Positions 38,370 through 51,606 of a DNA stretch of 64,000 nucleotides are shown in pieces. Every line of letters begins with the position of its first letter. The stretch's first letter is position 1. Source of the stretch: Oopsacas minuta (taxonomy: Eukaryota; Animalia; Porifera); assembly GCA_024704765.1 (NCBI GenBank), contig JAKMXF010000323.1:186001-250000 (forward strand), written 5' to 3'. The notes beneath the pieces are model-generated. The model was given only the letters and a program-made list of their open reading frames with translations, did not search any database and was not told the DNA's origin. Position numbers and translations under genes: made by a program.

Positions 38370-38509
38370 CCGGATTAATTAATGCTACCAGGAAGACAAT
38401 GATTTCACTACTAATTACCAATAATTATCTGCTTTCTAAATGACTCCAATTTGTATTCAATCACAGTCTCTGACTGTACCAACTGGTTCATTCACACAGG
38501 ATTTGTACT

Positions 38510-38746
38510 CTATACGACACTTCTTCTCCAGGCATCCACGATAGCATCTATATATGTCAGTGTAATCGGCGCGGCATACTGCATATGAAAGTGAAGTACA
38601 GAGAGATAATTGAGTCGTTTTAGCTTCATAGTGCTTCTTATGTATGTTTTCAGCCTTCTAAGGGACGAAAGGCTCCTTTCATCAATGCAATTACCTGGGA
38701 TAAGTAATACTAATTGCATTACCAAACAAAGATGAGGCAACGACAT
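38510..38746 (-). pseudogene. hAT transposase C-terminal dimerisation-domain fragment
   Basis: ERSLSSLRRLKTYIRSTMKLKRLNYLSVLHFH is the typical hATC motif. Confidence 0.75.
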
Positions 38747-38769
38747 TTTGAGAGGTTCGTTCCCTGTCA

Positions 38770-39110
38770 GCGCATTTCCTATTTGGTCAGCGGTAACAGC
38801 AAAACCCTACCCATCGATTTTCTCTGTCCGCACAGATCACCTATATGTATTTTTAGTGGTGTAGTTTGGTTTCTATTGGGAACTGGGAAAATATTCGCAT
38901 CATAATTTAGAGGACTCATATGCGAAAGTCGAAAGGTGAGAGGATGTTGCCAGATTAATACCAAAGTTCTATGATTTGGATTTAACCATTTCTGAAAGAT
39001 GTGTAATTAATGTATAATAAGTAATAAATCAGCGGTTGCCCCACTTGGTGGCCCATGGACGAAGGCAGGGGATCCACAGTATCTCAAATCATAGCATTCT
39101 ATATACTAAG
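38770..39110. repeat. Dispersed repeat with an inverted copy at about 63640-63970
   Basis: CCTATTTGGTCAGCGGT.ACAGCAAAACCCTACCCATCGATTTT...AAAGGTGAGAGGATGTTGCCAGATTA and the adjacent CAGCGGTT.CC.AC junction are present in both places. Confidence 0.8.
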
Positions 39111-39294
39111 GCAATGGCACTGTATTGAATTATAGAAAGATATTACTGACACTTTACTCGATTGGACGACAGAGTCATATCCTCATTTTACACACACAAA
39201 GTAGTGTTCTTTCTAGTAAGTTGATCCAAATTAGCATTAGCATTGAGTATATACATCCATATTGTAATAGTTATAATGATAATCTGTTTAGGCA

Positions 39295-40365
39295 ATGGAG
39301 TACTTAAATTTGATGTTATGGCAAACATTCCCAGAAAACATCTCTACCTATATCCCTTTATCTGATTCAAGTCCAATCATATCTGTGGTCAATGAAGAAT
39401 GGCTTCGTGATAATTGCAAGTTTCTGGGACTGGTGTTTATATCCACCACCAAGCAACCACCAAACCTAGCCGGACTGTCACTCAGTAACAGTGGCGTAGC
39501 CAGCCCAACATGATTGCCCGGGCACTATATGAAGTCAGGCTCTTGTGCTTCCTGAGAATGAGAATGGTAAATATTATCATAAGTAATATCAATATCATCT
39601 TCAGAAGTTAGCTTTATTCTCTTGTAAGTGGCAAACAAAGATAGCTGCGAGCTGTTGGTAATGTTAAATTTTCGAGACATATATGCTAATTACTAAATAT
39701 AATAAATCGTAGAATAGTAAATTAGGTAAAAAAGTAAGAGGAATTGATATATGTAATATAACAATTAATAGGGATGAACTGATGTCAGTGTACAGACATA
39801 ATATTTATTGCCTGGGCACAGAGAGAAGTTGCCCGAGCACAGGCCCGGCAGGCCCGTGCTTAGCTACGCCACTGCTCAGTAAATATACACCATGGGAAAC
39901 TGAAAGAATAGTTGGTGATGGGGACTGTCTTTTCCGAAGTATTTCTAAAATATTAACTGGTGACCAGACAAGTCACTTAGAAATTCGCTCTACGATTGCA
40001 CACTTTATCGCCAGTGAGGGAGTAACCAGAATTGGTTGGTATTTAAACAGAAAGTAACTCATCCTTGTAAATACTTCATGAATGAACACCTTGTGTCTCA
40101 AAAAGGAACTTGGGTAGCGATGTGGAAATAATAGCATTGTCTAATATTCTTACGTCGATGTGTATGTTGCAACAACTGCTATGGAAATCAAGGCAACTTA
40201 ACTCGGGAAGTTTGCTGGAGCTTGCTCAGAGGCTCTAAGAAACCAACAACCGCACTTTGCGTTTGTAATTATTGTAATCATTATGAGCCAGTCACTTCTA
40301 TGATTGAGAGTTCCACACCTACTTATGGCGAAACTTCAGAAGAATCAACAAATATACAAGAATGA
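39295..40365 (+). pseudogene. OTU-like protease ORF remnant, interrupted by a hAT MITE and later stops and frameshifts
   Basis: Removing the MITE and one TSD gives the in-frame sequence ...VNEEWLRDNCKFLGL...LSLSKYTPWETERIVGDGDCLFRSISKILTG. Downstream frames carry a W.SDVEIIALS-like motif and CNHYEPV. Confidence 0.78.
39489..39874. mobile_element. 386-bp hAT-type MITE
   Basis: TIRs CAGTGGCGTAGC and GCTACGCCACTG, with a perfect 8-bp TSD CTCAGTAA (39481-39488 and 39875-39882). Confidence 0.93.
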
Positions 40366-40901
40366 AGAAAATATAATTAGTCATTATTTTGTGCTGGTAT
40401 CAGGTGTTTTTGTGTGCTAATTAGTAGAGTAATATCATAAATTACAAGATTGTATTCTAATCGTGTAATAACAAGTTAAATTTTGTTCATTACAGTATAA
40501 CCCTCACTAATGTAAACGTCAGAAACCATCAAAATTCCTTTATCTTATCCAAAGTTTGTATTAACCATTGTGAAATCAGTTGGAAAGTATTGAAAGACCA
40601 AATTTTGGAAAATTACTTGCTTGCTTAACCAGGAGATTCGTATTGACCGTGTTTGTAATAATAATTAATGAGGTTTCACTGTATGTGTTGTCAAAAACAA
40701 GTATATTTTCAAGTCATGATTGAAATACGTAAATACTATTAATAAAAGAAAACCGCATGATGATAACTACATATTCTGTATATAGTTTCTCCCTCTGTTA
40801 CCGTGCCTCAATATTCTACAGTAGATATTCATCCATGGTCTATGTATACAGTGCCTCAATATTCTACGTGCCTCACTACTCTATGCAACAGTACTATGGA
40901 A

Positions 40902-41592
40902 CAGAGATGGAACCGGTCGAAGATCTCGACGGCTGGTCATAATTTCTGAATATGGTAAATCTGAATTTGATACTGTAATCATATTTACCAAAATAAGCGA
41001 ACGCCATTTGAGTATTGGTGGTGCTACCCTGGACTCTAAGAGGAGTAATTTGGCCGGATCTACCGTTGAAAGTCTAGTTGTGCTAAAGGAGGCAGCGTTA
41101 AACGGACTCTAGCAGTAAAATTCCGTACATATTCTATATATTCAAAATTTCTTTATTTGTCTACATTTCAATATTTCTATCTTTTCTACATTTCTGTATT
41201 AAATAGGATTTATGTGTATAATCATCCATTATATACTGCCTGGCCAAAAGTATTCGAACGCCAGGGCCACAATTAGCACATGGCACCAATATAAATGCCA
41301 CATTAGTTATAGACAAATTATTGAAATTATTTCGTACATTTTTGAATAAATATTAATTCATCAACCTTGAGCAAAAGAGATTTTCTACTTTCTGCTATAT
41401 CCACAGAATATTCAACATATTCTCGCCTTGTGCCACTTGTGTCACAAGTGGCAGGGTGTTTCATAACTTTTGTCCAGGCAGTGTATAGTCAAAGTTACCA
41501 GTCGACCGGTCGACCGGCCGGTCGGGTCAGGTCGAGTTTTAAACCAGACCGGTCGGGTCGGGTCATGAAAAAGCTGACCGGTTCCATCTCTG
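40902..41592 (+). mobile_element. Internally deleted hAT element (691 bp) retaining the transposase C-terminus
   Basis: TIRs CAGAGATGGAACCGGTC and GACCGGTTCCATCTCTG, 8-bp TSD CTATGGAA, internal SERHLSIGGATLDSKRSNLAGSTVESLVVL, and GC-rich GGTCG subterminal repeats. Confidence 0.9.
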
Positions 41593-42714
41593 CTATGGAA
41601 CCCGCAACTTCTCATTCTCGTCCCCACAACTCTGGGACGTCCTCCCGAATAGTCTTAGATACGCTGAATCTATTGAGATTTTTAAAAGAATCCAAAAACT
41701 TATAACGAAATGCTCGGATAACTGGCTTCATTTCGCTGAAGATCAGTGTAATCAATAACTTTAATGCTATAAAGGAAAAGAACATTTCAATTTACAGTAT
41801 TTTGCTATATCATACTTGGTTATATGGAATATTGCTGTGGATATATACAGAAATATTCCGTATTACCAAGGTTGATGAGAATTATTGTGTACAGACAGAG
41901 CTGTTACACTCAGATTGATATACAGCGATGAATGTTAAACTAAATTTGATTCTTAGTTATATTTGTTCCCAATGACCGCCCACTACAGCCATGTATGTTC
42001 ATCCTTGTTATTTTTTGTCCTACCCTCTTGACATTACATAGATACCTTCAAAAACACTGATAGCAAAAAGGATAGTGCATAGCTGAATGCTCTTCTGCTT
42101 CAGAGGTAAATTTCCCTGGACAGTAGGGGCCATTATTATGTGACGACGAATATTTCTCCCCAATTGAATACTGTTAAGTAGCAAGTAGTAGTTAAAGATG
42201 GAATTTTGGTATGGAAAATCCCATAATCCACGAAGAGTGTCTCAATATTAACCATTTCCACCCATTGGGTGTCCAAATGGTATAATCGATAGATAGAAGC
42301 ATATTCTATACATATAGAATGATCTACCATTAAATCTATAAAATCTATAGACTGTATGGGAGATAGCAGATGAATATTCAGCCAATTCAAAATATAATAT
42401 AATATTTTTTGGTCGTTTGGATTTGGCTTGAATATTTAGCGATTATTACTTAACTGTTGATGAGTCTATTTGAGGGTCTTATTCAATTATAAATACGCGA
42501 TTTCTTAAATACTTTAGTCTTATGATATGTCTACTGTATTAATAATTTCGATATATCTGTGCTTGATATAGCGTGAGTTTACTATATTATTTTGAGTTTA
42601 TCCTTCACTAATTACCGTTAGGTCCATTTCTCTCTGATTTGTCTAGTTTGTATAATTTGATTCCTTGTATGATCTTATATATATTTGAATAATATGAATT
42701 GTATAGCAATAATA

Positions 42715-43932
42715 ATGGCTACAGCTAATCCTATATTACCACAACCTGGAGAAGATAACTACGAGTTAGAAGTAAATCGAGTGAGAAAGAAGATTAAACG
42801 TAAATTCTTCGAGTTAATCGACTGTCTAAAGGAAAGAGAGAGTAAATTATTGAGAGAGTTAGATACAATTATGGATTGTTATCGCTCTTATAAAAGTGAA
42901 TTGACAAAGCTGAATGGAAAGAAGATTGCTCTGGAAAAATCAAAAAGTTTCCATCAAAATGAGATACTCACTTCTCCTATAAAATGTGTTCATGAAGATT
43001 TGATTACTCGATTAGACACAGAACTTGAATCAATTGAGTTTCCAACACAACCTAGAATGGTTAGTTTCACTTGTGAAAACAACAAATTGATAAATGAAGT
43101 AAAGAAGTTGGGGAAGTTAGTAGGAAGTGGAAATAATTATCTAAACAAGAAACAACCTCTAGTGAGTGTTTGTGGCAGAGGAACCAGAAATGAACAACTT
43201 CACAATCCATGGGATGTTACTGTTGATAACAAAACAGGAAATATTTATATTGCAGATTATAGGAATAGCTGTATTAAAGTATTTAACAGTACTGCTATGT
43301 ATTTATTCAAATTCGGTGGAGGAGCAATTAAATACCCCAAATGTTTATCTATTTATGGAAATAGAGTTCTTATTTCTCAAGACCACTGTATCTTGAACTA
43401 TAAGCTTGATGGAAAGTTCACCTCTCAGGTTGGTAAACTGGGAAATGGAAAACTTGAATTTTTCTATCCTCAGGGTCTAGCAATTGATGATTCAAATGAA
43501 GATATTTATATCTGTGACGGTAATAACAATCGTGTACAAATACTTACCAAATACTTGTGTTACCAAACTAAATTCGGTATAAATACACTCAAAGGGCCTC
43601 AAGATGTAAAACTCTCTAAAGAATATATTTATGTGTTAGATACATCAAATCCTTGTATCCATCTCTTCAATCGTAACCTCATACTTCAGAAGAGTATAAT
43701 TTCTCGAGGAAAAGCGAATCAAGTCGTTAATCCATTGTCTTTCTTTAATGACAATTCTAACTTCATTCTGATTGCAGATCTTTCTTCTAACGCTATTTCA
43801 ATATTCAACCCTGAATACCAGTTAGTTCACAAGATTCCTGTATATCTCAATCCACAAGCAGTTACAGTAGACAATCAGAATAGAGTTATAGTAGTGTGTT
43901 ATAATCATTATGACTGTCTACAGATATTTTGA
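42715..43932 (+). CDS. Coiled-coil + NHL-repeat beta-propeller protein (TRIM-NHL-like but lacking RING and B-box), copy A, intact, 405 aa (alternative ATG at 42694)
   Basis: Uninterrupted single-exon ORF. The N-terminal ~135 aa are helical and charged, followed by NHL repeats (PWDVTVDNKTGNIYIADYRNSCIKVF; YPQGLAIDDSNEDIYICDGNNNRVQIL). Confidence 0.9.
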   Translation: MATANPILPQPGEDNYELEVNRVRKKIKRKFFELIDCLKERESKLLRELDTIMDCYRSYKSELTKLNGKKIALEKSKSFHQNEILTSPIKCVHEDLITRLDTELESIEFPTQPRMVSFTCENNKLINEVKKLGKLVGSGNNYLNKKQPLVSVCGRGTRNEQLHNPWDVTVDNKTGNIYIADYRNSCIKVFNSTAMYLFKFGGGAIKYPKCLSIYGNRVLISQDHCILNYKLDGKFTSQVGKLGNGKLEFFYPQGLAIDDSNEDIYICDGNNNRVQILTKYLCYQTKFGINTLKGPQDVKLSKEYIYVLDTSNPCIHLFNRNLILQKSIISRGKANQVVNPLSFFNDNSNFILIADLSSNAISIFNPEYQLVHKIPVYLNPQAVTVDNQNRVIVVCYNHYDCLQIF

Positions 43933-44423
43933 TATTTCATCTCTATCAATACAGGTGATAGTATCTTTGTGTGAATTTGTGTGTTTACTGATACTTTTCT
44001 TGACTTTCCCATTTATTCATTCTTGGTTTGTTATTCATGTATTTTGTGCTAATATTTGTATTATTCATTTGGTAATATTATTATTCATTTACTACTTTCA
44101 GGGTTACTTAGTTTTCAGGAATTAATTAATTATTCTATTGTGGCTATTATTATTTCTTTTATAACTAATTTACCAGTTCTGTCGTTTTTGTCTCAGAATA
44201 TGCCCTTATGTGATGTCATGAGAGATTTAGCAGAGTATGATATACATAAGAGCATTGTTTAGTTTGATTGATTACTTTTGAATTATTTGTTTTTGACTTG
44301 TATTTGGTTACTCATGTCTTATTAAATCTCTATTATTGACCTCAATTATTGTGGGTGGGTGTGTTTGTTTGTTTAACCACTTTGTATTATAATGATAGGG
44401 GAAGATGATCTCCGTATATAATA

Positions 44424-46143
44424 CAGTAGACCCTCGGAATCCGAATTGTGCCTAGAGCTTATACAATCTTTGGAAATTGTTTAAAATGTAATAACCTAGC
44501 CAATTAGCAGTGGTTCCCAACCTACGGCCCGCCTGCCTTTAATATGAACTGTTTCGAAATATTTGCATCTGTCGTATATCCTGACAAACATTCGATGGTA
44601 GAGAAAGTCAGCCTTTCATCTCAGACCGTTGCTAGAAAAGTGGACGACCTAGTAACCAATATTCAAAATACTTTGATCAAGAGACTCTGTGTCTGTCAAT
44701 TTTATAGTCTAGCCATCGATGAGTGCACAGATGTGTGTGATACAGCTCAACTCGCAATATTATCAGAGGAGCACCAAGGCCTTTGAAGTTGTTGAAGAAC
44801 TGCTCGACCCATGTCCGATGAAAGGCACAATAACAGGACAAGACATTTTGAACGAAGTAAAACATGTAATTATGAAATTCAATCTAAGTCTAGGCAAACA
44901 TTGTGGCATAAGAACTGATGGAACTCCTGTGATGATAGGAAAGCATAAAGAATTCACTAGTCTAATGCTTAAATATGTATCTCATGAAGTGATTACACAT
45001 CACTGCATCATTCGCCAACAACAATTGTGTGCAAAAACCCTGCAGATGAAACATGTGATGGAAAAAGTTGTTTCTACCTTCAATATCATTAGATCTAATG
45101 GACTCAATCCCAGAGAATTTCAGGCCTTTCTTACAGAAGAGGGATCTGACCACGATGATGTCATTTATTGTTTGCTGGCTCAGCAGAGCGGCCACTCTTG
45201 CCAGATTCGATTCCCTACTTGAAGAATTTCAATTCTTTATGAAGAGCAAAGAAAAGGATGTAAGCTTTGTGGAAGATGATCAATGGTTGAATGACTTTGC
45301 ATTCTAGTTGATATTACCAAGTATCTTGCGGAACTTAATGTGAAGCTACAAGGAAAGGAGCAACAAACTGTATGAACATGTACAAGCTATTGATTAACAA
45401 GAAAGTTGTACATTTCCAATTCTATCTACTAGGGATGGAACGATAGTGAAGTATGAAAGTATCCTGCTCTGATTGGAATTCTAAGAAATGAATCTGAATA
45501 AAAGTTAGCGGATTTCAGGGAATACTGTGATGAACTCAAACTGTTTTCAGATTCTTTTAGAATTGGCGTCAATGATGCTCATGCCATTTTCCAATTGGAA
45601 CTAATTGACATTCAAAGTGACAGTGATTTCAAGAGGGCTTTCGCTGAACATGATCTCCAAACATTTTATCGTAATATGTTACCTCAGCGTCCTACCCAAA
45701 TATCTCTCAATTTGTACTTCCTATCATTGCACTGTTAGGCAGTACATATTGCTGTGAACAGTTTTTTCAAGAATGAAAATGTTAAAACAAATAATAGATC
45801 TAAATTGACTGACGAACATCTTACCGGAATACTTCCTATCGCTACACCAACTGTACTGGCAGACAGTGATCACTTGAGCAAGCAAAAACAATGCCAAACA
45901 TCTCATTAAATTTCAAGACTAAAGTAATATATACTATAATTATACTTTTATTTAATTAATTGCTAAAAATATCAGTTTACATTTAGCCATCAGAACTTTT
46001 GGTGAATTATAGTTGGAATGTGGCCCCTTGTTCGAAAAGGTTGGAAATTCCTGTTCTATAGTATTGTTTCAATGCATTTCGTTAATCTGAACGTATTATT
46101 TTGCAATCGGAACAGTGGTGTTCGGATTAGCGAGGGTATACTG
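44424..46143. mobile_element. pogo/Tigger-type MITE (TIR family CAGT(A/G)GACCCTCG) hosting a nested hAT
   Basis: TA|CAGTAGACCCTCG...CGAGGGTATACTG|TA; the same TIR type as 52552-52889. Confidence 0.65.
44508..46053 (+). mobile_element. hAT (Buster/SPIN, GTF2IRD2-like) transposon, truncated and frameshifted
   Basis: Ends CAGTGGTTCCCAACC and GGTTGGAAATTCCTG. Transposase fragments SLAIDECTDVCDTAQLAI, RTDGTPVMIG, HHCIIRQQQLCAK and CWLSRA. Confidence 0.85.
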
Positions 46144-49100
46144 TATTGGGAATACATATCCTTCTGTTGACGATATAGGAAAGGAAACAATTACATTAAT
46201 GTAATAGAGTATGATGATTGCGATTTTCACACTTTCGGATTAATCATATGTAAAATTTTGTTGTTTTTATGAATATATAGTAAACAGTATTGATTTATTA
46301 TTCAATTTTGGAATTTACACCTTGCGAAATTCGAGGCATGAAGTAACGAGCCCGATGCAAACACAAAGTATTCGCAAGCCCCGCAGCGGGAACATACCAA
46401 ACGGTTCGTTATTGAATATGAGTGAACTTTTCTTTAATTACTTTATGGGTTTGAATATACTGGGGTCACGCTTATTAGTTTCTAGATATTCTTCTAATCC
46501 CATATAAGGAATTTCAAAAATTGATTTGAAATCTCAACTACACAATTTTATTGGTTGTTCCCATGAACTATCTGTATTCTATGTAATATACATACATATA
46601 ATTGGATAATGCTATCTTACTAAGTTCTGCAATTTCTAGATTCCAAACCCTTTCGTTTAGTTCTCAGATTCTTTCTACAGTCAAACCTGCTTAATGATCA
46701 TCTCATTTATATAACCAATACTTTTAGTATTTATCAGTCACTTTAAATAGAGTTCACCTATAGAACTCACATTTGACGAGTCCCTTGTGTGGCATCATTT
46801 TCCAATTCCACTGTATTATATATATATATCACTAGCCGCAACGCCGCCCCTGAGCGGTTTTTTCTGCTATTCCTGCGGAATGCTTTTTGGGCCTTCAGCC
46901 CTCATGATTGTCTCTGGAAGTTTGCGAACGCTACGCGTATTATGCGAAGAAGGATCTGATTGACCAACGTTGACCAATCAGATTCCTCCGAAAATGTATT
47001 GATTTATAATGGCGAGGTGTGAAAACTTCACATATCTTGTCAAAATAGTTCGATTCGAAAAATTAGTCATATTTGGAAAGGTTGAGTACTACTTAGTCAA
47101 CACACAAAAATTTCTAATCCCTGTTTATTCTGACCCATAGAATAGATTGATTAATACCTGGGTTGGCATTGAATGAATTTTTCCTGTTCCATACCCACAA
47201 GATCCCCATATGATTTCCAATAGGATTTCACACAGGATTTCTATTAGAAAACTACTATTCCTAGGACAATTGACAGTTTGATTTTGCAGCTTTTAAACCA
47301 AATTATTGTAGTTACAGCCTAATCCGAACCGCTAACAACCAAATAGAACTCTCAATTTAGGTAGTTAATATGGATACAAGCCTTAATAAGCAGTATACAA
47401 TTTGTAAAGTTATAGCACCCAAAATATATATATATCAGTCACCCAATGTTTGTCTGATTGACAAATATTATCTTTAATACAAGTACAATTGTTGGTCTGG
47501 TTGACTCGTGAGCTGCATATCTAAGAATGCTTGATTTAGCCCGGGACGATACAGCTTATCACTACCAGGCATGGGAATTGGAGGGACTGAATACCTGAAC
47601 AACAACCTGATCGTTTCGTCCTGCCAAGAGATAGACAAATAGAAATTATATTAGCGATAGCTGTTAACAGCTACAACTTACCATTGGCTGTTAACAGTTT
47701 AGCAATTTCCATCCCTGCAGTCATTTAGTTCAGGTTGAAACTGTTTTTATGTTGAAATACGTTAACAGTGAAAGACTCGAATATGTTTGGGAATATTTCC
47801 CTGCACAACGTAGGAGTCAGGAACGTGAAAACATTCCATTCGAAATTTTGTCCTAACCCACAAGTCTAGTGACCCTCGTTCGAACCCACAAGGCTAGCTG
47901 AGTCTAGTTTTACACTTATCGATCCTCCAAATGATATTGAAACACGGTTTACTTCATCATAATTTACCTGTTCTATAATGCTGGATTTATTATCAAACCA
48001 TTTCTATAGTCATAAATGGAAATTTAACAGATTCAATAATAGAAGGCGTTTGCACTATGATGTCAAAATTGTTAATGAATAGTCAATAATTATATCATTT
48101 GACAATTCAATGATCTATTAAAGTTTTCAAACTGAGTGCTTATGATTTACGAAAACTACATCAGTGTTTAACAACGTGTAAAGTTTTATCAGTATTTATA
48201 TATTAACATAATTTCGCAATACTAACTATCCACTAGAACTTCATGAAATAATGCTTAGCTATAAACTACGATATATTTGTTATATTAGAGGCGTAGGCAT
48301 TCGTTCAAAAGTTAGTTCCTCGTTAGCAATCAATACATTACAGTTATTCAACTTGACTTTATAGTTTCTGTTAAATACTTTTGATGTGTCCAAGCATCCT
48401 CATGAGTACTGTTTGTTATTGTACATTATACTTTGCACTAATTATTATTATTATTATTTGTTAGTTCGAATATACAGTAGACTGCTTAATAAGGTCACAC
48501 CGGAACCATTCTATTTTATTCCGATTAAGCTGAATAAAGGTGTTGGCCTGGTTAACTACAGTAAATTAACATTATTTGTATGGTTCTATTTCTGGCTCTT
48601 TGGCCCACTAAACCAATATTCTATTAAGCGGAGTCTACAGTTGTTTCAATTAATACTGAATACTAAGAGATGAATTATCTGTAAAGTGAAAATATAAAAT
48701 GTCCAGCCGATAGACTGGTAATGCAGCTCAGGGTTATTTGTTTTTGTTCTTTTCAGGGGGGGCCGTGTAGATACCGGAATGCAGCGGACCCCGACTGATT
48801 TTATCAAAATCGGATCTATACCCTATTACCCCTGCCAACATTTTGAAAACTAGTATCTTGCATGCTTTTGAATTTTAAATAGAAAGGTGTGAAAATATGA
48901 TTGATCACCGAAAAGGTGTGAAATATTACTTTAGATAGAATTCATACTTGAGGTGCAAAATCTCCGACCCGAAATGTGTATGTATATCAATTTTCATGTT
49001 AATCGGACAGCTAGATTCCGCACAGCCACGCGGACGGAGGTATGTATGTCGTACATCGTCCATGCCATTAGAGCACCTCCCTATAGGAGCTGCACTAAAA

Positions 49101-50694
49101 ATTATCGCACCACTACACAGATTGTTTTCACCCTATAAATACTTGTACATGCACTACTTAAAGGTCATATTTGACCCCAAATACTAGTACATATACTACA
49201 CAGGGTCATATTTAATTATTGCAGTGGCGGATCCAGGGGGATAGGGGGTATCCCCTCACCAGGATAAATGGATAATTTTATATGATATGGAATCCTAGTG
49301 GCTTTGGAAATTCATGTCAATACACATTGGCTCAAATTGTGTACAATAAATTTCTGCTCGCCTCATTCGCATCTAACCCTAAATATCATGTAATATTACC
49401 CTAATCTCAGGTATATACTATACACATTGGATTAATCTACAGAAGGAAGTTGCGTGAACTCTAACCGTGGGTCTGTACAAGTATTATGAACAAGACAACA
49501 CATTCTTTGCTTATTAAACTTTTGTCCAAGTTATGTATCTAATTCATTTGAATATTACCTTGTGCTAATGTATAAAACATATTCTTATACATAATGAATG
49601 CAACTGTAGAGTCAATCGAAATCTTTCCACCTAATGTGTATTACGTAGTTAAAAGAAATAATTTCGAGATTCGAAGTTACCTAACAGTAAAAGCCAACTA
49701 ATGTTGTGTAGAATAGGGCTTGTTGTCCAGGGGATTCGCTCCTAGACCCACTAGGGGGATTACAGCGTCCCCAGACCAACAGCTGGATTATTATCCAAAT
49801 CGGGCTTATACTATTATCAGCAATGGTGAGTTTTGTTATATCATTGAGGGTTTTCGACTGATAAATAGCATAGTTTTTGCTTTTTTTGTTGGAGACAGGA
49901 TGGTCTACATATCTGTAATACATTTACTTGGGAATAAAAGTCAATACTCGTGTCTTGAAAACCCCAAGAAATTCCAATTTGCAATTACGTAAGGAGAGGT
50001 TTAGTTTATTCAAATTTGATTCTAACCAGCACCTAGGTTGCCATTGCTACGATACAAATACCCAGCAATTGATTCACATGAATCACGTGATTAAATCGGT
50101 TGCTGTTTAGAAACCCCTCCTTACTGTGATTTGATTTAATCGAAATACGTAAAGTTCTTGAGGTTCATATAATTGAGTTCGTATTCTCTTATTCCTCTAT
50201 TCAGTTCCACAATATATTCCCATTAATTATATGGAATATTAGGAGTTAGCGCTAAAGTCCTCCTATTGTCTAAAAACACGACTCAAATCCTGCAGGTGTG
50301 CACTGATAACATCCATTTATCCTATTAACATCCTACTACATCTAATTAGAACCTAGCTTACACATATTATAAGTAGTAATTAAAATATTAATGTCGGCTA
50401 ATCTGATTCAGACATCCTCGTTCTATGCGATTGATTCCTTGAAGACACTGCAAAACAAAAACGCACAAATATAAAACAGTAATTCTCATAGAACATTAGA
50501 AACCCTGATTAGCTGAGCGTTCAGAATTATTCCGATCTAATAAGTATATATAAGTACTATGGAGAAATGTAGGAATAATAACTAAACTGTCCAAGTGTAC
50601 ATAGATTACTATTATTGTAAAAGATACTTATTTCGTAGTATTGTTGTATGACAGAACAATACCTTGTATTAGTATAACCATGGATATTTCTGCT

Positions 50695-50916
50695 ATGACA
50701 GAACAACTACCTATGACATTTCTACTACTTCCTTGATATGACTTGCCACTTTTTTAGTCACTATTACACGGTTACAAAGCAATTTATCTTGTAATTTATT
50801 GCTCATTTCCTTCTAAGTACCATCATGTTTTAGAAGTTTATTAGTTATTCATTAATAAACTTTAAAGTAATTACCAATATACACGAAACGAACTTGTAAC
50901 ATTGTATTACTATTAC

Positions 50917-50947
<31 letters not shown>

Positions 50948-51606
50948 GTTCTAATGATAACATTCGGTGATGTTTCATTTTATTGAATAATATGGGGCCT
51001 GCAATGGTTATATTTATGTTGCTTTAAGTTAATTTATCTTATTAGTTATTCATTTTGAGGCAGAATATTAGATCTCAAAATCTCAGGGGGGCCATGGTCC
51101 CCAACCCTCCCTTGTATCCTCCCCTGGTAGAATGTACAGGGTAGATTTTGAATCTCGTTAATTTGAAATTGTTTCGTACTTGATATAGTCTATACTACTG
51201 TGAAAAGGAATTGTATTTTATGTTTTACTGTGTTTCTCTAGCTACTGACAAAGCTTTTATGCTACTGAAACCACTACAGTATACTGACACACCGCTACAT
51301 AAAATATAACCATTGCAGGCCCTATATTATTCAATAAAATGAAATATCACCGATTGTTATCATTATTACAATAATAATAATAATAATAATACAATGTTAC
51401 AAGTTCGTTTCGTGTATACTGGTAATTACATTAAAGTTTATTAATGAATAACTAATAAACTTCTAAAACATGATGGGTACTTAGATTGGAAGGAAATGAG
51501 CAATAAATTACAAGATAAATTGCTTTGTAACCGTGTAATAGTGACTTAAAAGTGGCAAGTCATATCAAGGAAGTAGTAGAAATGTCATAGGTAGTTGTTC
51601 TGTCAT
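50695..51606. repeat. Inverted repeat with ~320-bp arms (50695-51022 and 51294-51606) and a ~270-bp spacer, containing (ATT)n
   Basis: The left arm ATGACAGAACAACTACC...GGTTATATTTATGTTGC matches the reverse complement of the right arm apart from scattered substitutions and microsatellite length. Confidence 0.88.

Noticed and set aside
42715-43932. Bacterial contamination or recent HGT of intronless NHL and CYP genes
   Set aside because: Composition matches the flanks, the genes are embedded among animal-type TEs and spliced genes, and there are no operon or RBS features. Ancient HGT cannot be tested without a search.
47440-47730. Possible small spliced exons on the minus strand (MTAGMEIAKLLTAN|GTAAGT ... 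GCAG|)
   Set aside because: The donor is good but phases give stops or very short exons, and no homology is recognisable.
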